DNA from: Eledone cirrhosa
Lineage: Eukaryota
Direction of reading: 5' to 3'
Assembly (NCBI GenBank): GCA_964016885.1
Contig: CAXHJY010000304.1
Coordinates: 140,070-204,069 of the forward strand
DNA length: 64,000 nt
The number at the start of each line of letters is the position of its first letter. Position 1 is the stretch's first letter. Positions 1-13,611 of the stretch are shown here, piece after piece. The translations under genes and the position numbers were made by a program. A model generated the notes under the pieces. The model ran no database searches and was not told where the DNA came from. It worked only from the letters and a program-made list of their open reading frames with translations.

Positions 1-244
1 TATATATATATGTGTGTGTGTGTGTGTGTATACATATGTGTATGTGTGTATATATGTATTTTGTTATATATGTGTGTGTATGAGTGTGTGTCTGTGTGTA
101 TAACAAGGGTAAGTGATCGGAAGATAAAGTTGGTAAAGTTACAGAAATTTTCAAGCTTAATGCAGTTCAACAATCAGCAAAAAGATTGAATAAATTCGTC
201 CAAATATCATCCATATGGAGTCAACATTGAGTAAACATATCCAG

Positions 245-462
245 GTTATTTCTGATTTAGGCACGAGGCCAACAATTTGGTGGCGAAAGGAAAATCGATT
301 AAATTCACTCCAGTGCATTACTGGAGCTTTATTTTATCGAACATGTAAGGATGAAAGGCAAAGCTAACCTCATTGGGATTTGAAACCAGAACATAAAGGG
401 ACGTAACTCTATGCCGCAAAGCATGTTGTTCGATGCTCTACCAATTCTGCCAAACCACTGGC
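245..462 (-). mobile_element. tRNA-derived short SINE, family Z, diverged copy
   Basis: Reverse complement matches the ~190-bp family at 38893-39075 (ccagtgcattactgg...ttttatcga...aaggatgaaaggcaaag...gggatttgaa). Confidence 0.75.
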
Positions 463-794
463 CAAGCAATTAAATAAGGAATTTTAAAGGAATTTAAGAT
501 ATTTTTATTTGTCTTACATACGTTTCATCAAATGAAATATGATGAATATTGTTAATGGAAGATTTTCATTAAGCTGCATTCCAAGATCCGAGCTTAACAT
601 ATTTTCGACATCTCATTTGTATCTTCAAAGACATTTAAAAATATATATAAATCATAAAAGCAAGTCTTCTTGGGAAAAATATCTGAGCATCAGAATATCA
701 TTATGATTACCGAAATAGATTATATTACTAAGGCTTTAAATTAAGGGGTGCAAAATTTGAATAAAAATAATGGTGTTTTTTTTTGTTTTTTTTT

Positions 795-950
795 TAAGCA
801 TAGAGTTACTTCCCTTTATGATCTGAGTTCAAATCCCGCCGAGGTTAACTTTGCCTTTCATCCTTGCGAGGTCGATAAAATAAAGTATCAGGAATGCACT
901 GGGATAATTGCTAGCCTTGTGCCAAAAGTAGAAACAATTATAATTATAAT
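795..950 (+). mobile_element. SINE family Z, 5'-truncated
   Basis: gagttcaaatccc B-box-like motif, then gcctttcatccttgcgaggtcgataaaataaagta and the tail gccttgtgccaaaagtagaaacaattat, as in the other copies. Confidence 0.8.
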
Positions 951-1042
951 ATTACATGTACATCCATGCATATGTGAATGTGTGTGTATGTGTGTGTGTG
1001 TGCCTTTGTGCTAAATGGGAGTCAGTAGAGCTAAGGAAACTG

Positions 1043-1450
1043 TCTCTTTTACTGGTTTCAATCATTAGACTGTGACCATGCTGGGACACCACCTTCAAGT
1101 CGATTACATCAACCACAGTACTTATTTTATTGATCTTTTTTGTCAAACCATTAAATTACAGGATATAAACACAGACATATACGAAGGGGCTTCAGCAATT
1201 TCTGTCTACCATATTTCACTCACAGGGCATAGGCCAATCCAAGCCTATAGTAAAAGACACTTGCCTAAGGTGTCCACGCAGTATGATTAAACCCAAAACC
1301 ACATGGTTTTAAAGAGGACTCCTTAACCCCAGTCATACCTGTGCCTACATATATCGACACTTACTCAAGTTGCTACACATTGAGACTAAACCCAAAACCA
1401 CATGGTTGCAAAATGAACTGCTTCGTCACACAGCTATGCCTGTGCCTATG
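1043..1450 (-). mobile_element. Longer tRNA-derived SINE, family W, with a CR1-type LINE 3' tail; diverged
   Basis: Left end ctctttttactggtttcaatcattagactgtgaccatgctgggacaccacc resembles the LINE 3' end at 59319-59375. Right end aaaccacatggttgcaaaatgaactgcttcgtcacacagctatgcc looks like a reversed tRNA-like head. A second copy lies at 23095-23390. Confidence 0.65.
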
Positions 1451-2259
1451 TACCATGGGGCATATTGTAGAAAATGGAGGTAGTTAGGTTGAAGTTCTTC
1501 CTGAGAGTGGTATACAGTATACAATATGCTCCTATCCCAAACCAATATTCAATGGTGGGACTGGAATAACATTGCTGCTTGTCGCCTATGGAGATTATAA
1601 ACCATTCAAGCATGTTCTGGCAGCATGAAAGTCATACTTTGTAGAATTTTCTTGGTGACACAACAAAGTCTTGGATATATCATGTTCTGGTAGCATATAA
1701 GTCATCGTTCACTGATGCACTAAAACAGCAATGCAGCTGTGTTAATGCAATGAACATCAATACTGGCTGCACTCTGTTACCTTCCACAAGGAAGATGAGA
1801 AAGAACAATGTAGGAGGATAAATGAAGGAAAGCCGATACACAGTCTTCTGCATGGGGTTAAGGATTAGGTGGTGCAGGTGAATTTGAAGGAAGTGCTCTT
1901 ATTTCCAAAACCATATTGCAATAACAGAACGATGCCCAGGCAATTATGGCATGGTTGACTTTTACAAAAAACATCCTGATGAAGATTGAGAAGGCAATAT
2001 AGAATTATTACTTGAAAGAAACTCTCTGTGCTCTGGGTTCAAAATTTGCTAGGGTCAACTTTGCCTTTTATTCTTTTGGCATCAATAAAAAAGTAATAGT
2101 TCAGTATTGGAGGTGATTCTTCAACCAGACTTTTCCCCTGGTAGCATCAATGCTACTTGATACTACTGGACGGAGTCATACTGTCAGAAAGTACCAAAAT
2201 CATTGAGATCGCAGGTCAATAACTAACAAAGAGTGTGTCCCACAGTGCAATGTTGTATG

Positions 2260-2310
2260 TATAATATAATATAATATTATATAATATAATATAATACAAT
2301 ATAATATAGG

Positions 2311-2397
<87 letters not shown>

Positions 2398-2400
2398 TAT
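2260..2400. repeat. (ATAAT)n / (TA)n / (CA)n compound microsatellite
   Basis: Directly visible. Confidence 0.95.
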
Positions 2401-2759
2401 ATTCAGTACAAGTCATATATGTATAATTACACCTGTATACATAAATGAGCATATATACACATACACAGGAATACATTCAAGCAAATATAAATAATTCTTT
2501 GTGTAGAGAGTAATACATAGACCCATTGTGTAACAATAAAAGATACATAGACTTACTCACATATATAGACACACCGACATAGACAATTCAAGACAAGCAA
2601 GCATACCCCCACACATGTATGCAACACAAAACATACATACATAGATTCATTCATACATACATACATACATACATACACACATACATACATACATATATAT
2701 ATGTGTGTGTGGATGTGTATGTGCTTATACGCATGTGTGTGTGTTTGTGCTCATGTGTA

Positions 2760-3210
2760 GTATAGTGATGGTAATTATGAGGATTATGAAGATGAGGTTG
2801 GTGATGATGGTGGTGGAGGTGGTGGTGGTGGTGTGGCAGCAGCATTGGTGGTTTTAGTAGTGGTGACGGTGCTGCTGGTGTTAGCAGTGGTAATGAGGAC
2901 GATAATAGAGATGAGGATGATGATGAGGATGAAGATGAAGATGGTGATGATAATGTTATCATCATCCTACGCAAAACACCACTGATGAAGACAATGGTTG
3001 TAAAGAGGGCATGTCTTATGTGGTGGTCGTAGTGGTGGTGGTTGTGATAGTGCTTGTGGTAGTGATGGTGGGGATGATGGTGATGATGATGATGATGATA
3101 ACAGTGGTGGTGGTGATAGGGGTGAATAAGAAGAGGAGAAGGATGTGATGGCATAATTATCACAAACCACACAACATCACCACACCACCACACTATACCA
3201 CACCACACCA
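2760..3210. repeat. Degenerate (GGT/GAT)n trinucleotide low-complexity tract
   Basis: Directly visible; it generates the His/Ser-rich ORFs in the track. Confidence 0.85.
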
Positions 3211-3388
3211 GACCAGAAAGACAGACAGACAGATATGGACACAGAGAGCTCCATTGATTTGCCCAGTTTCAGTCATGTGACTCACACATCCCACTATCTT
3301 CAGAAGAACTATCTTACCATTCAAGAGCATTACACCCCAAAGTAGTTGAGTGGAGCACATCCTCTGTATTATTGTGGACAACACTGAC

Positions 3389-3452
3389 ATGATGGTTTCT
3401 AGGTGCCAACAACTTTCCTCATTCTTTTTGTTGGTTGTACTAGCTTCCAGCT
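3389..3452 (+). CDS. Exon 1 (signal peptide) of an orphan secreted, probably GPI-anchored protein
   Basis: ATG at 3389 gives MMVSRCQQLSSFFLLVVLASS plus 1 nt, followed by a consensus donor GTAAGT at 3453. The phase-1 junction joins in frame to the acceptor at 9525/9526 (T+TG = Leu) and completes the hydrophobic core ...LASSLISLVTA-EKR. Confidence 0.8.
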
Positions 3453-3954
3453 GTAAGTAGACTTGACTTTTTTGGGGGGTTTTCCTTGTAGTTGTATATT
3501 TGACTTTATTTTCTTTTGCTAGTTAACCCTTTAGTATTTACATTACTCTATTCTTTTCTATTATATTTTCACGGTAAAGTGTTTACCTCACATAATTATC
3601 TCACATAATATCAAATCTGCAAGATTTTGATATTATTTATTTTGAGAATCATACCTTAACATCAGTATGAGAGGCTGGTTATAACCAGTTTGAACAGAAA
3701 GAGGTGAGAGAATTCTGGCCAGATATGGCCAGTTTAAATGATAAAGGGTTAAGGTGTTAGATTCAAGATCATATCATGAGTTCAATTCTTGGACTGGGCA
3801 GTGTATTGTGTTATTGAGAAAAATACTTTACTTCACATAGCTCCCTCTGCCAGTAATTGGGACTGGCAGATAGTATCAGCAATGGAAAGAGCAATGGAAA
3901 TATTATTCCTTTACTCTGATCTGACAATCAGCTCCTTTCCCCTCCTTTACTATA

Positions 3955-3984
3955 GTAATCATAATCATTATCCCTTTCATCACT

Positions 3985-4027
<43 letters not shown>

Positions 4028-4250
4028 CTGTCATCCTCAACATCATCATTATTACAGTCCCAAATTTTCCATCAACTTCTTTTTTATCACCTTCATCTTT
4101 GTTATCATCGTTATCATAATTGCTGTCTTCATCATTTTTGTTATCATTGTCACTGCTATCTTCATCATCATCATTTTCATTAACATCACTATCATCATCA
4201 TCATCATTTTTATTGCTTGTATTCATCATCATCATTACCACAATCATGAT
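3955..4250. repeat. (CAT)n microsatellite and degenerate flanks (intronic)
   Basis: Directly visible. Confidence 0.9.
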
Positions 4251-4464
4251 CAGCATATCTACTTTATCTTTCATGCTGACTGGATGCTGGTTGGATAGGT
4301 CTAAAATGTGTGTTAAATATTTCTTGTTATGTTATTTACAAGGCCCAACATATCATTTGCAGGGCCTCACTTTGATAATTAAAACACAAAGGCTATATAA
4401 TTTTGTTAGAAATATCGTAATGACGTAATGAAAAGTTTAAGCAGCAGAACATAAAAACATCCTC

Positions 4465-4730
4465 TTGCTCATGAGGTCATAAGTTTAATTTCCAGCAACA
4501 CATTATGCCCTTGAGCAAAACACTTTATTTCACATTGACCTGTCAATTCAGCTCAAAAATGAGATGAACTTGTAATTCAAAAGCTAGCCATGCCATACAG
4601 AATCTCCTTGAGACTTACATTAAGGTTACATATATTTGTGAAATATTCAGCTACTTGCATGTGAGCAGGCTGTTCCGTTGATCATATTAACTGGAACACT
4701 CAATGGTGAAACAAATGGAGGTTCAACAAC
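4465..4730 (+). mobile_element. Old SINE sharing the central ccttgagcaa.acactttatttcacattg block with family Y but with a different 3' half
   Basis: Central block matches 49207-49235. The 3' half (tctccttgagacttacattaaggttaca...tggaatactcagccactt) recurs at about 17140-17240 and 17490-17610. Confidence 0.6.
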
Positions 4731-7700
4731 ATCTGTTTGTTTCATTGTAATCTTTTTTGTTTTGTTTTTTTCTTTTATCTTATTTTGAATTCTGCTTATC
4801 ATTTACAAGTTTTTAATTATTATCGGGGATGGGTGGTAATCTGCGCTTCTTCCTATATTGTTATTGCTGTATTGAACCTTTAGGATTGAAACTATTCTTC
4901 CAAATTGGGGTCTTTCTCTGTGAATATTTAATAAATTCTGTTAAATTCAAGTGGTTTTCTTTAGATAAACATAGGAACATAAGCATTTTAATGCCGTTTT
5001 CCTAAAAAAAAGTAGAGATTAGCCTTGTGGGCCCCATAACAAATTTCATATTCCTCATCATGAGTGCATTTCTCAGGCAAAATTTTACAGCCAGATGTCC
5101 TTCCTGGTGCCAACATCTTTAGTCACCTATTAAGGCAGATAGAGATTCAGTGTATGTTCAATGGAACAGCCTGATCATGAAGTTAACATGTAAGTGGTTG
5201 AGCATTCTACCAACACCCATACCCTTAACGAAGTTCTCAGGGAGATTCAGCATGACAGAGAATGTGTCAAGGCTGACCCTTTGAATTACTGGTACAATTC
5301 CTTTTTGCCAGCTCAGACCACTAGAGCAACATGATATAAAGTATCTTACTGAAAGACAGAATGTGCTGCCAGGAATCAAACTCGTGACCTGAAGAACATG
5401 AGTATGTATGTATATATACATACACATATACACACAGATACGTTTGGGCAAGTGTATAGGTAGTAGTATGAATATAGTTCATATTCATTTTCAGAATATC
5501 TTAAAATAACTTTTTTTCTAAATTGTTAGTTCAATCTACTTTACATTTACCACATCTATTATATTTGCAATAAACCCATGCTAGCATGGAAGATAGACAT
5601 TAAACGACGATGATGATGATGATGATGGTGATACTGTCATGTAAAATTATTTTCAGTAGTCTGGACTGCAGGAATTTCCAAAACTCAGAGTAGCAACAAA
5701 TTATAATCTCAGTAAGTTGATTTAGATGGGTGTTTGGGTGCTATTTCTAGCCTGTCATATTGTCTTGATATATAGAGATATATGTTAATTAGTAGTTCAA
5801 TGATGCAAGCTTTTGGACACCAAGCAGTTTTGACAACGATATGATCTGTATGCTATCTATTCAATATTTTCTCTACTTCCAAAGAATTTCCTCCTGAAGA
5901 CAGAATAATTTTTCTAATACTGGTTGTTTTAATTTATTCAGATAATTAATTGTTTCTTAATTCCAGAAACTGCACTTGGGGTTAGTAGGTTAATATATGA
6001 GTAAAACTGACTTATTTTAGTTTGTCTAACTTATATCGCCCCCTCCCTGTTGAGATTTTGGCTAACGTTTAATATATGTATGTGTGTAGGTGTATAATTT
6101 TATATATATATGTGTGTGTGTGTTTCAAAATAGAAAATTCAATCAAATTTAACCCTTTTGCTACTATACAGCCTGAAACTGCCTTGATTCCATGATACAA
6201 AGCTGTTTGTTTTAAAGTCTTTATATTTATCTAAAAATCTCCCATCACAATTTTATGTAAGAAGCTTTGTTAAGTTATGTATCACACACCAGCTTAATAA
6301 TGAGAAAATTAGTTATAATACTAAATTCTTCAAAATTCTTGCTTATTTTCAAAATGAATTGAAAATCATATATAGTGTCTTTCATTTGCAATATATATAT
6401 GAAAAAGTTGATAAAAAGATTTACAAGAAGTCTTGAAAAGAGATTTCAGTTTTTTAATCTTTGATATAAGAAGGAAATCTGGTTCTAAAAAGACATTGAA
6501 AGTTTGTCCTAAAGCAGAACGTAGGGAAATTTGAGAGAAAAAAAAGCAACCTAAAAAAACTACAGCAATTGTCTGCATAACCAACAAGCTAAGTAAACAA
6601 ATTACAATAAGACATGAAATGTCATGTGTTATCTGTTCCAACTGTTTTTTCTGAGTTTAAATCCTAGGACCTACTCCTGTTGTAGACTTAATTTATCACT
6701 TTATTTAACAATACATCCTGTTCTCTGGTTTGAGGATACCTACATCACTTTCTCTCTACAAATGGTTTTGGAGGAACTGAAAAAGGTCATTGGCACTGCC
6801 TTTCACATGCTGACTAAATAATTTTAAATTAAAATAACAATAAAAAGATATTAAACAGAATTATTGTCATTTTTATGTCTTTCCATATTTGCATGGGTTT
6901 AGTCAAATCATCTCCAGAACAGCATCTCTCCACTTGTTTCTTTCTTTTGTCATTTCCTCTGTAGTTTCTCGTGGTCAACTTTCACCTCCTCTGCCCATGC
7001 ATTTCTTGGTCTTCCTCTTCCACTTCAAACTTCTAGCATTTCTTCAACCAGCAATTATCATCCATATGCATTACATTCATGTACCAGTGCAATCTTCTTT
7101 CTTACATGCAACATTTGATAACTCTTATGCCCAGCTTTTCTTTCAACTCATCTGAATCATAGAAAGTGACTCATATATAGATCCACAGAGATCTTCTTTT
7201 GAGAAAATCAAGGACCAATTTCTACTGTAGTATATCCGAAGGTCTATGTCTCACACACTTCTTTTTATCTGCATTAACTCTTATCTTCTTGAAATGATTT
7301 AGCAGGAAATATCTAAAAATGGTTTCTTAATTCACATGTTTATAGTATCTTTACGAGTGGACAGATTGTTGAGATAATTTTAATATTGGTGTAAGGACCT
7401 TGTTTTTTTTATTATTAACATCTTGCAATGATTCAGCAGAAAATATCTAAAATTTAATTCACGTTTATAATTGTAAAATTTGAACTTTTCAAGAATATCT
7501 TGCTAATGGGATTCATTAATTCAAATGTTTACATTATCTTTACTAGTAAACAGATGATTGTGAGAATTTCCAATATTAGAGTAAATACTTTAATTTTTAA
7601 TGTTATGTAGTCATAATATGTCATAAGAATGTCTTACTAATGTAGTTTTATGTGGTATAGGATGTTAAGAATTAATAACACAACACACACACTTCTATAC

Positions 7701-8029
7701 TCTTTTTAGATAATTTCTACTAAATCATTGCTAGGTGTTAAGATTAAAAAAAAACAAAGTCCTTACACCAATATTGCAATTTTCTACAAATAATAGCTTC
7801 CCTACGCTCTTTCCTCTGTACACTTCTGTATACAAATGTTTTGTTGTATGCAATCTAGACACTCACAGCAAACTTGCTCCACTTCCATTAACAGAGACCT
7901 CAACAACATCTTTTAACCCTTTCGACACTAACCTGAAACCACTTCTGGTTTTATAATATAAAGCCTCTAATTTTAAATTGTTCATATTAAAATTCAAACC
8001 TGCCATTACAATTTTAAGTAAGAGACCTT

Positions 8030-9240
8030 TAAATTATGTTCCAATGTCTCATTAAAGCCCCTAAAACATGGAGGGACAAAACTTTTCAAGGCACTGACAG
8101 TTATCTGTCAGGAGATATGGGAAACAAAGCAGTGGCCAAAGGAATGGACCCAATCATTGATAATATCCATTCCCAAGACAGGCAACTTAAGACTCTGCCA
8201 GAATTACAGAACAGTCAGTCTAATTAACTAATAAAATACTGCTAAGAGTTTGTCTAAATAGGTTTAAAGGGAAGGTAGAAGATATCCTTGTTGAAGAATA
8301 GGTAGGATTCAGGCCAAATATTAGTGCAATGGAGCAGATATTTAACATCAGATTGCTAACCAAGAAACTTCAGCAACACCAATCTGACCTCTATCATAAT
8401 TTCATCGACTTCAAAAGAAACTTGTGGTTTGTGACAGGTGATGAAGGAATACAACTATGATAGCAACCTCATCCAAATAATCCAAGCACTGAACACAAAT
8501 TCAAACAGTGTAGTTCTCATGAATAACAAACATCAGAGACTTCTTCAAGAGAACAGTTGGACTTCAACAAGGATGTCTCCTCTTTCTGGTGCTTATCAAC
8601 ATCTTCTTGGAGAACATAATGCAAGAAACACTCCAAACTTCCACACTTCTGCTTCTATTGAAGGATGGTCTCTTTCCAATCTATACTTTACTGATGATAT
8701 TAACTTGTTATGAAGCAGTGAAGTAGAACTGCTGAAGCTTACCACCAGACTGGAAAGAGAGTCAGGATCATACAGAATCAGTTCAAAAAAGAGCAATGTT
8801 CTGGTTAATAGTCATAACCAAAATATAACAAACAACATCATGTTGAACAATGAAAAACTTGAAGAAATGGATACCTTCAAGTACCTAGGATTTACTTTGA
8901 CTAAAGATGGCAGATCACTAAAGGAGATAACAAGACTCAGCTTGGCATCTTCCACCACGATGAAGCTGAACATCATAAGGAAAAGCAACTCTATTAGTTT
9001 TCAAACAAGGCTCAAATTGTTCAAAACCCTGGGGATTTAGATCCTTTTCATACAGCTTATATGGAATGTAGAATCCAGCTTTCAAGTACAAGTGTTTCAG
9101 AAGGCATCCCATATATAGAACACTAGACAAATAACTATACTGGTCAAAAGGAGCCACTCTTTGCAATGGTGAAAAAAGAAAGCTCACTAGGTATGGTTAT
9201 ATATCCAGCTACAATACCATGTCTAAAGCCATCCACAGGA
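8030..9240 (+). mobile_element. Decayed RTE-clade LINE reverse transcriptase fragment (intronic)
   Basis: Frameshifted RT motifs CQNYRTVSLI, EE*VGFRP, NFIDFK, LYFTDDINL and EEMDTFKYLG, with multiple stops. Confidence 0.8.
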
Positions 9241-9525
9241 CTCCTACAGTTCTAGAAGTGTTTCATTCATATGAAATCATCAGGAAAGTGAATATATATA
9301 TATGTAGTTCAGAATAACAGAAAACAAAAAACAAACACAGGAGTAAATGTTACAAATATATATATATATGTTTTATTTATTTTCGTTATTTTTATGTATA
9401 AGTTACATTTAAAATTTAAAATGTCATGTTTGAGACACACACACACAAATTTGTGGCCTTATGCCTATATTAAGTATCAGTATATATATTTGTGTCATAA
9501 CCTTAATTCTCTTTTTCTGTTTCAG

Positions 9526-9971
9526 TGATCTCCCTTGTCACAGCTGAGAAAAGACAATATGATAAAAATCCATCATGGTATGACCGTGACGGCTCAGCAG
9601 GCAACCGCAGGATGGGGAGCAACCCACGCGATGACGGAGATCGAAGAGGCAACAACGGACGAGGTGACCGAAATGACCGAGGTGACCGAGATGAACATGG
9701 GGAGCAAGGCTCCCGTGAAGACCATATGGTTCATGTTGGCCGTGACGATCATAATGACCATGATGATCATGATAGCCATGACTATGAGTTAGAGCACTCT
9801 GACAATGATGGTCACAACCACAAGGGTCCTCATTACCAAAGCACTGACAAAACCAGGACCCACACTGGAACCAGCAAAAACAGGAATGGTAGTGCTTCCA
9901 TTGGTTCCCACATCACCTGGTTCCAAAGGATTGTGTTGGCTGGATCTTCAATACTGATGGTCCTTATGTAA
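9526..9971 (+). CDS. Exon 2 (terminal) of the orphan Arg/Gly/Asp- and His/Asp-rich protein with a C-terminal GPI-type signal
   Basis: Polypyrimidine acceptor ttctctttttctgtttcag ends at 9525. The 148-codon open frame is GC-richer than its surroundings and ends NGSASIGSH-ITWFQRIVLAGSSILMVLM-TAA. Confidence 0.8.
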
Positions 9972-10472
9972 ATGGGAGTGATTGCCCCTCCACACATGTC
10001 ACCATCACCACTATCCCTCCAACCAAGCACACACCTAGTGGACAGTGGTGGGTGCGGTGAGGTGGGGTGGGGTGGAGTGCATGCAATTACCCCCTCCTTC
10101 CACCACCACTACCTCCGTTGTTTAACACTAAACATGAGACAGACCCTTTGTTGGATCCAAATAATACCAGGTGAAGCCACTTGTTGAAGTCCAGACCCTT
10201 CGTTAGTTGTTCCTTTATTAGCGATCCATTAGTAGGATAAATTAGAATTGTAATATTGACTATTGATTATTTTTTTGTAGGACATTGTTTCTGCCCCTTC
10301 CCTTTTGTGGTCCTCTGTGCAGGTCACTCACCTACAAATGAATTCAATCTTTAATATATAAGAGTTAATGTGTGTAATGATGCTTTATAATGTGTAATGT
10401 ATACCTTGTAAGAGTATTAGCTCTATACTATATTAAACAGTATATAATATAATATGATATTATATTTTATAT

Positions 10473-10506
<34 letters not shown>

Positions 10507-10615
10507 GCATATATATTTATTTATAAATTTATAAATTAGGTTCTGATCTAGTGAACTTAGTAGTCCACAAAGAAGGAAGAACTCAATATTTATAATAATA
10601 GAGTAAATATATAGG

Positions 10616-10830
10616 TTTTCTTACTACATAGCTACGTTTCAACAAATTTAGTGTTTTCTGTTTAGTGAACACTAGCTTTGCTGAAACAGTGTAGCTATGT
10701 TGTAAGAAAATGAATCAATCAACTAATATATATATATGAATTTTCATAAAATTGTAGGAATCTCAAATGCGAGAGTAGCTGTAAACAACTGATTGGTATG
10801 TGCATAGCAACATTTTATGAAAATTCATAT
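10616..10830. repeat. Two imperfect fold-back elements, probably Penelope-terminus derived
   Basis: ttttcttactacatagctacgtttca...tgaaacagtgtagctatgttgtaagaaaa (10616-10710) and atatgaattttcataaaat...attttatgaaaattcatat (about 10733-10830). Confidence 0.6.
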
Positions 10831-10857
10831 ACACTCATCACTTCAATCCTTTTCAAT

Positions 10858-10936
<79 letters not shown>

Positions 10937-11185
10937 GTGTTAAAGACATGACTAGGTGTTTCAGCTATTCACTATTATATCAGGGGTTATTTTGTCACAT
11001 GTTTCTTATGAGTTCTTTGCAGCTCATCTGGAAGACCAAAGTTCATAAACCCAATATCAACGTTTCTTCTAGACTTTTCACAGTCTCATCATCAGGAAGT
11101 AGTGTTGTTGGGTTCTGTACTGCCTATTTTAGTAAATGTAAAAAGAAATAAACTTAAACTAAAAATAAAACTGAAACAGTCATCT

Positions 11186-11251
<66 letters not shown>

Positions 11252-11775
11252 TATATATATATATATACATATACATCTACATATATATATACGTATATAT
11301 ACACACACACATATATATATACATACATACACACATACATATATATACAATACACACACAAACACACACACATATATGTGTGTGTGTGTGTATTAATATG
11401 TATTGTAACATGAGAGTGTCAATATGGACCAATAATAATAATAGTAATAATAATAATAATTCACAGCTGTAACTGTATAAAGATAATTTGTAGTTCTAAT
11501 ATTATTGCTGTTTATCTTTTGTAATCAATTAATGTGTACACATACAGATTATTAAAATACCCATCAAATTTGATACAATGACCATTGTGTTTCGTTGTGT
11601 TCTTTCTTTCTTCCTTATATTCTGTTCTTTGTTGTCATCATTGTTACCAAGATCACCACCAGCAACAACACCACAAACAATTACAACAATTTTAGTCACA
11701 ACAAAGTGGCACCAATGTTTGTTATAGCAATTTTAATCACACCAATGCTATACCAATGTCAGTTACAACAATTTT

Positions 11776-12600
11776 AGTCACACCAGTGCCTGTTACATCA
11801 CTGTTATAGGTACAATAATTTTAGTTACACCAGTGCCTGTTACATCACTGTTATAGGTACAATAATTTTAGTTACACCAGTGTCTGTTACATCACTGTTA
11901 TAGGTACAATAATTTTAGTTACACCAGTGTCTGTTACATCACTGTTATAGGTACAATAATTTTAGTTACACCAGTGCCTGTTACATCACTGTTATAGGTA
12001 CAATAATTTTAGTTACACCAGTGTCTGTTACATCACTGTTATAGGTACAATAATTTTAGTTACACCAGTGTCTGTTACATCACTGTTATAGGTACAATAA
12101 TTTTAGTCACACCAGTGCCTGTTACATCACTGTTATAGGTACAATAATTTTAGTTACACCAGTGTCTGTTACATCACTGTTATAGGTACAATAATTTTAG
12201 TTACAACAGTGCCTGTTACATCACTGTTATAGGTACAATAATTTTAGTTACACCAGTGCCTGTTACATCACTGTTATAGGTACAATAATTTTAGTTACAA
12301 CAGTGCCTGTTACATCACTGTTATAGGTACAATAATTTAAGTTACACCAGTGCCTGTTACATCAATGTCAGTTACAACAATTTTAGTTACACCAGTGCCT
12401 GTTACATCACTGTTATAGGTACAATAATTTAAGTTACACCAGTGCCTGTTACATCAATGTCAGTTACAACAATTTTAGTTATACCCGTGCCTGTTACATT
12501 AATGTCAGTTACAACAATTTTAGTCACATCAGTGCCTGTTACATCAATATTAGTTACAATATTTTTATTCACACCAGTGCCTGTTACATCAATATTATTT
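11776..12600. repeat. 47-bp minisatellite (about 13 near-identical units plus 45-bp variants)
   Basis: Unit agttacaccagtg(c/t)ctgttacatcactgttataggtacaataatttt starts at 11776, 11823, 11870, 11917 and onward with period 47. Confidence 0.95.
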
Positions 12601-13145
12601 ACAATAATTTTAGTCACAGTAATGTTGATTACAGTATTTGTAGTCACACTAATGTTACATCAATGTTACACCAAATTATGCCGATGTTAGTTGTCCCAAT
12701 TTTAGTCCCATCAATGTCAGTCACAACAGCATTACACCAATATTTGTTACAACAATGTTAGTCACAATAACATAACACCCATATTAGTTACAACAATGCT
12801 AGTCACAACAATGTCACTCCAATGTTTGTTACACCAATGTTAGTCACAACACTGTTCCACAAATGTTAGCTGCATCAATGTTATATCAGTGATACATCAA
12901 TGTTACACCAATGTTAGTCACATCAGTGTTACACCAATGTTAGTCACATTAGTGTTACACCAACATTAGTTAATGTTAATTACACCAATGTCACACAAAT
13001 GTTAGTTACAGCAATGTCACATCAGTGTTAATTACACCAATGTCACATGACTGTTAGTTACAATGTTACACAAATGTTATGCCAATGTTACACTGATGTC
13101 ACACCAATGTTAGACCTATGTTAACCACACCAATGTAACACCATC
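12600..13145. repeat. Degenerate ~11/22-bp repeat (gttacaccaat/gttagtcaca) continuous with the minisatellite
   Basis: Recurrent acaccaatgttagtcac-type motifs. Confidence 0.8.
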
Positions 13146-13611
13146 ATTGATACAGAAAACCTATGATCAAAGCAATCCTATTATCATCTTGCCATCTTTT
13201 TCCTCTGTGCAGAAAACATAAGACCATATTCTCTATACACAACCATCTGGTATTTGGGGAAGGAGCAGTTCTTTACAGATTCATCCTTTTTTGTTTTAAA
13301 TAGTATGTGGTGTGATTTCAATGAGATTTGACTACTACATCTAACAGTATGGGTAATCATATAGAGGCTCTCTCGTTTGCTCATTTTTGTTGATCAAAGG
13401 TATTCCAGCTGCGACTATCATAATTGTTTTTTTCACACTCATCCTTCATTTTTAAGACAGAAGGGTATGATTTTTCTAGCAGCTCAAGCAAACATGTAGA
13501 GGCTTCCTGATTGGTGTATTATCAAGATTGATGTGAGAATTAATCTTTCACCCAGATTAACCCACTTGTGACTGTATTTCTGATGAAATACCTTCTATTT
13601 CAATTAATTAA

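Noticed and set aside
2651-4428. His-, Ser-, Asp- and Met-rich ORFs
   Set aside because: They are translations of (CAT)n/(GGT)n simple repeats upstream of and within intron 1 of the orphan gene.
9535-9792. Overlapping alternative-frame and antisense ORFs in exon 2 of the orphan gene
   Set aside because: Only the 9525-phase frame fits the upstream donor phase and completes a signal peptide; the others are by-products of the repetitive codons.
11776-12600. Regular 47-bp repeats as a CRISPR array or repeat-protein gene
   Set aside because: There are no unique spacers, the context is eukaryotic, and the period is not a multiple of 3.
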